Assembly (NCBI GenBank): GCA_963707215.1
Contig: CAVPPB010000002.1
Span: forward strand, 224,001 to 288,000
Direction: 5' to 3'
Length of the DNA: 64,000 nucleotides
From: an uncultured Chloroflexia bacterium
GTDB taxonomy: Bacteria > Chloroflexota > Limnocylindria > Limnocylindrales > CSP1-4
The position numbers and the translations under genes were made by a program. Positions within the stretch are counted from its first letter, which is position 1, and the number at the start of each line of letters is the position of its first letter. This document shows positions 63,664 to 64,000 of the stretch, one piece after another. A model generated the notes under the pieces. It searched no databases. It worked only from the letters and a program-made list of their open reading frames with translations, and was not told the DNA's origin.

Positions 63664-64000
63664 GTGGGTGAGCTCGGGTCTCAAGTCGACCACCGGGACC
63701 ATGCCTGGCGGCCGGAGCGCTTCATGGTCGTCGCGGCGCATCCGGACGACGCCGACTTCGGGCCGGCGGCCACGGCCGCTCGCTGGATCGATGCGGGCTC
63801 GGTGGGACGGCTCGTCTGCTGCACGAGCGGCGACGCCGGCGGCACCGACCCCGACCAGGATCCCCTCGAGCTCGCCGCCCTCCGGGAGTCGGAGCAGGCG
63901 GCGGCCGCCGCGATCATCGGCTACGAGGGCGTCGCGTTCCTCCACCAGCCTGACGGCGCCCTTGCCAACGACCTCGCCCTGCGCGAACAGCTGGTCCGCG
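63664..64000 (+). CDS. PIG-L family deacetylase (partial, runs off the window)
   Basis: Manual translation: FMVVAAHPDDADFG, CCTSGDAG, RESEQAAAA.IIG and FLHQPDG. Confidence 0.88.
   Translation, partial: MGELGSQVDHRDHAWRPERFMVVAAHPDDADFGPAATAARWIDAGSVGRLVCCTSGDAGGTDPDQDPLELAALRESEQAAAAAIIGYEGVAFLHQPDGALANDLALREQLVR

Overview
Very GC-rich bacterial DNA. A Chloroflexota-like or Actinomycetota-like host is an inference from gene content and a tRNA-Arg(UCG). The window has two parts. (1) About 1-23649 is an accessory region lying immediately downstream of a minus-strand tRNA-Arg (23650-23726). It is punctuated by same-orientation intergenic copies of the tRNA's last 16 nt (2000, 5702, 15769, 16856, 21284; eroded copies near 927, 11295 and 19891). 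Most of the clear copies are followed by a conserved non-tRNA 18-mer. Together these look like scars of repeated site-specific integration of related elements, leaving 1-6 kb cargo blocks (GNATs, hydrolases, MFS/EamA transporters, regulators, a 5'-nucleotidase, an M28 peptidase) with no recombinase visible. An IS481-type end abuts the tRNA 3' end and two of the scars. (2) 23.8-64 kb is mostly core-like: murJ, candidate secreted Cys proteases, an AlkZ-like glycosylase, and a variant anaerobic purine-catabolism cluster (xdh, ssnA-like, ygfK, two carbamoyltransferases, two PLP enzymes). It also holds amine/amino-acid catabolism and ABC uptake genes, a coupled WYL regulator-HD phosphohydrolase pair, an HTH-multiGAF-GGDEF protein, ybaK, thiN and bcp. 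Three genes carry single +1 frameshifts that are probably assembly indels. No CRISPR array or rRNA was seen. All functional calls come from motif recognition by eye; no database searches were run.
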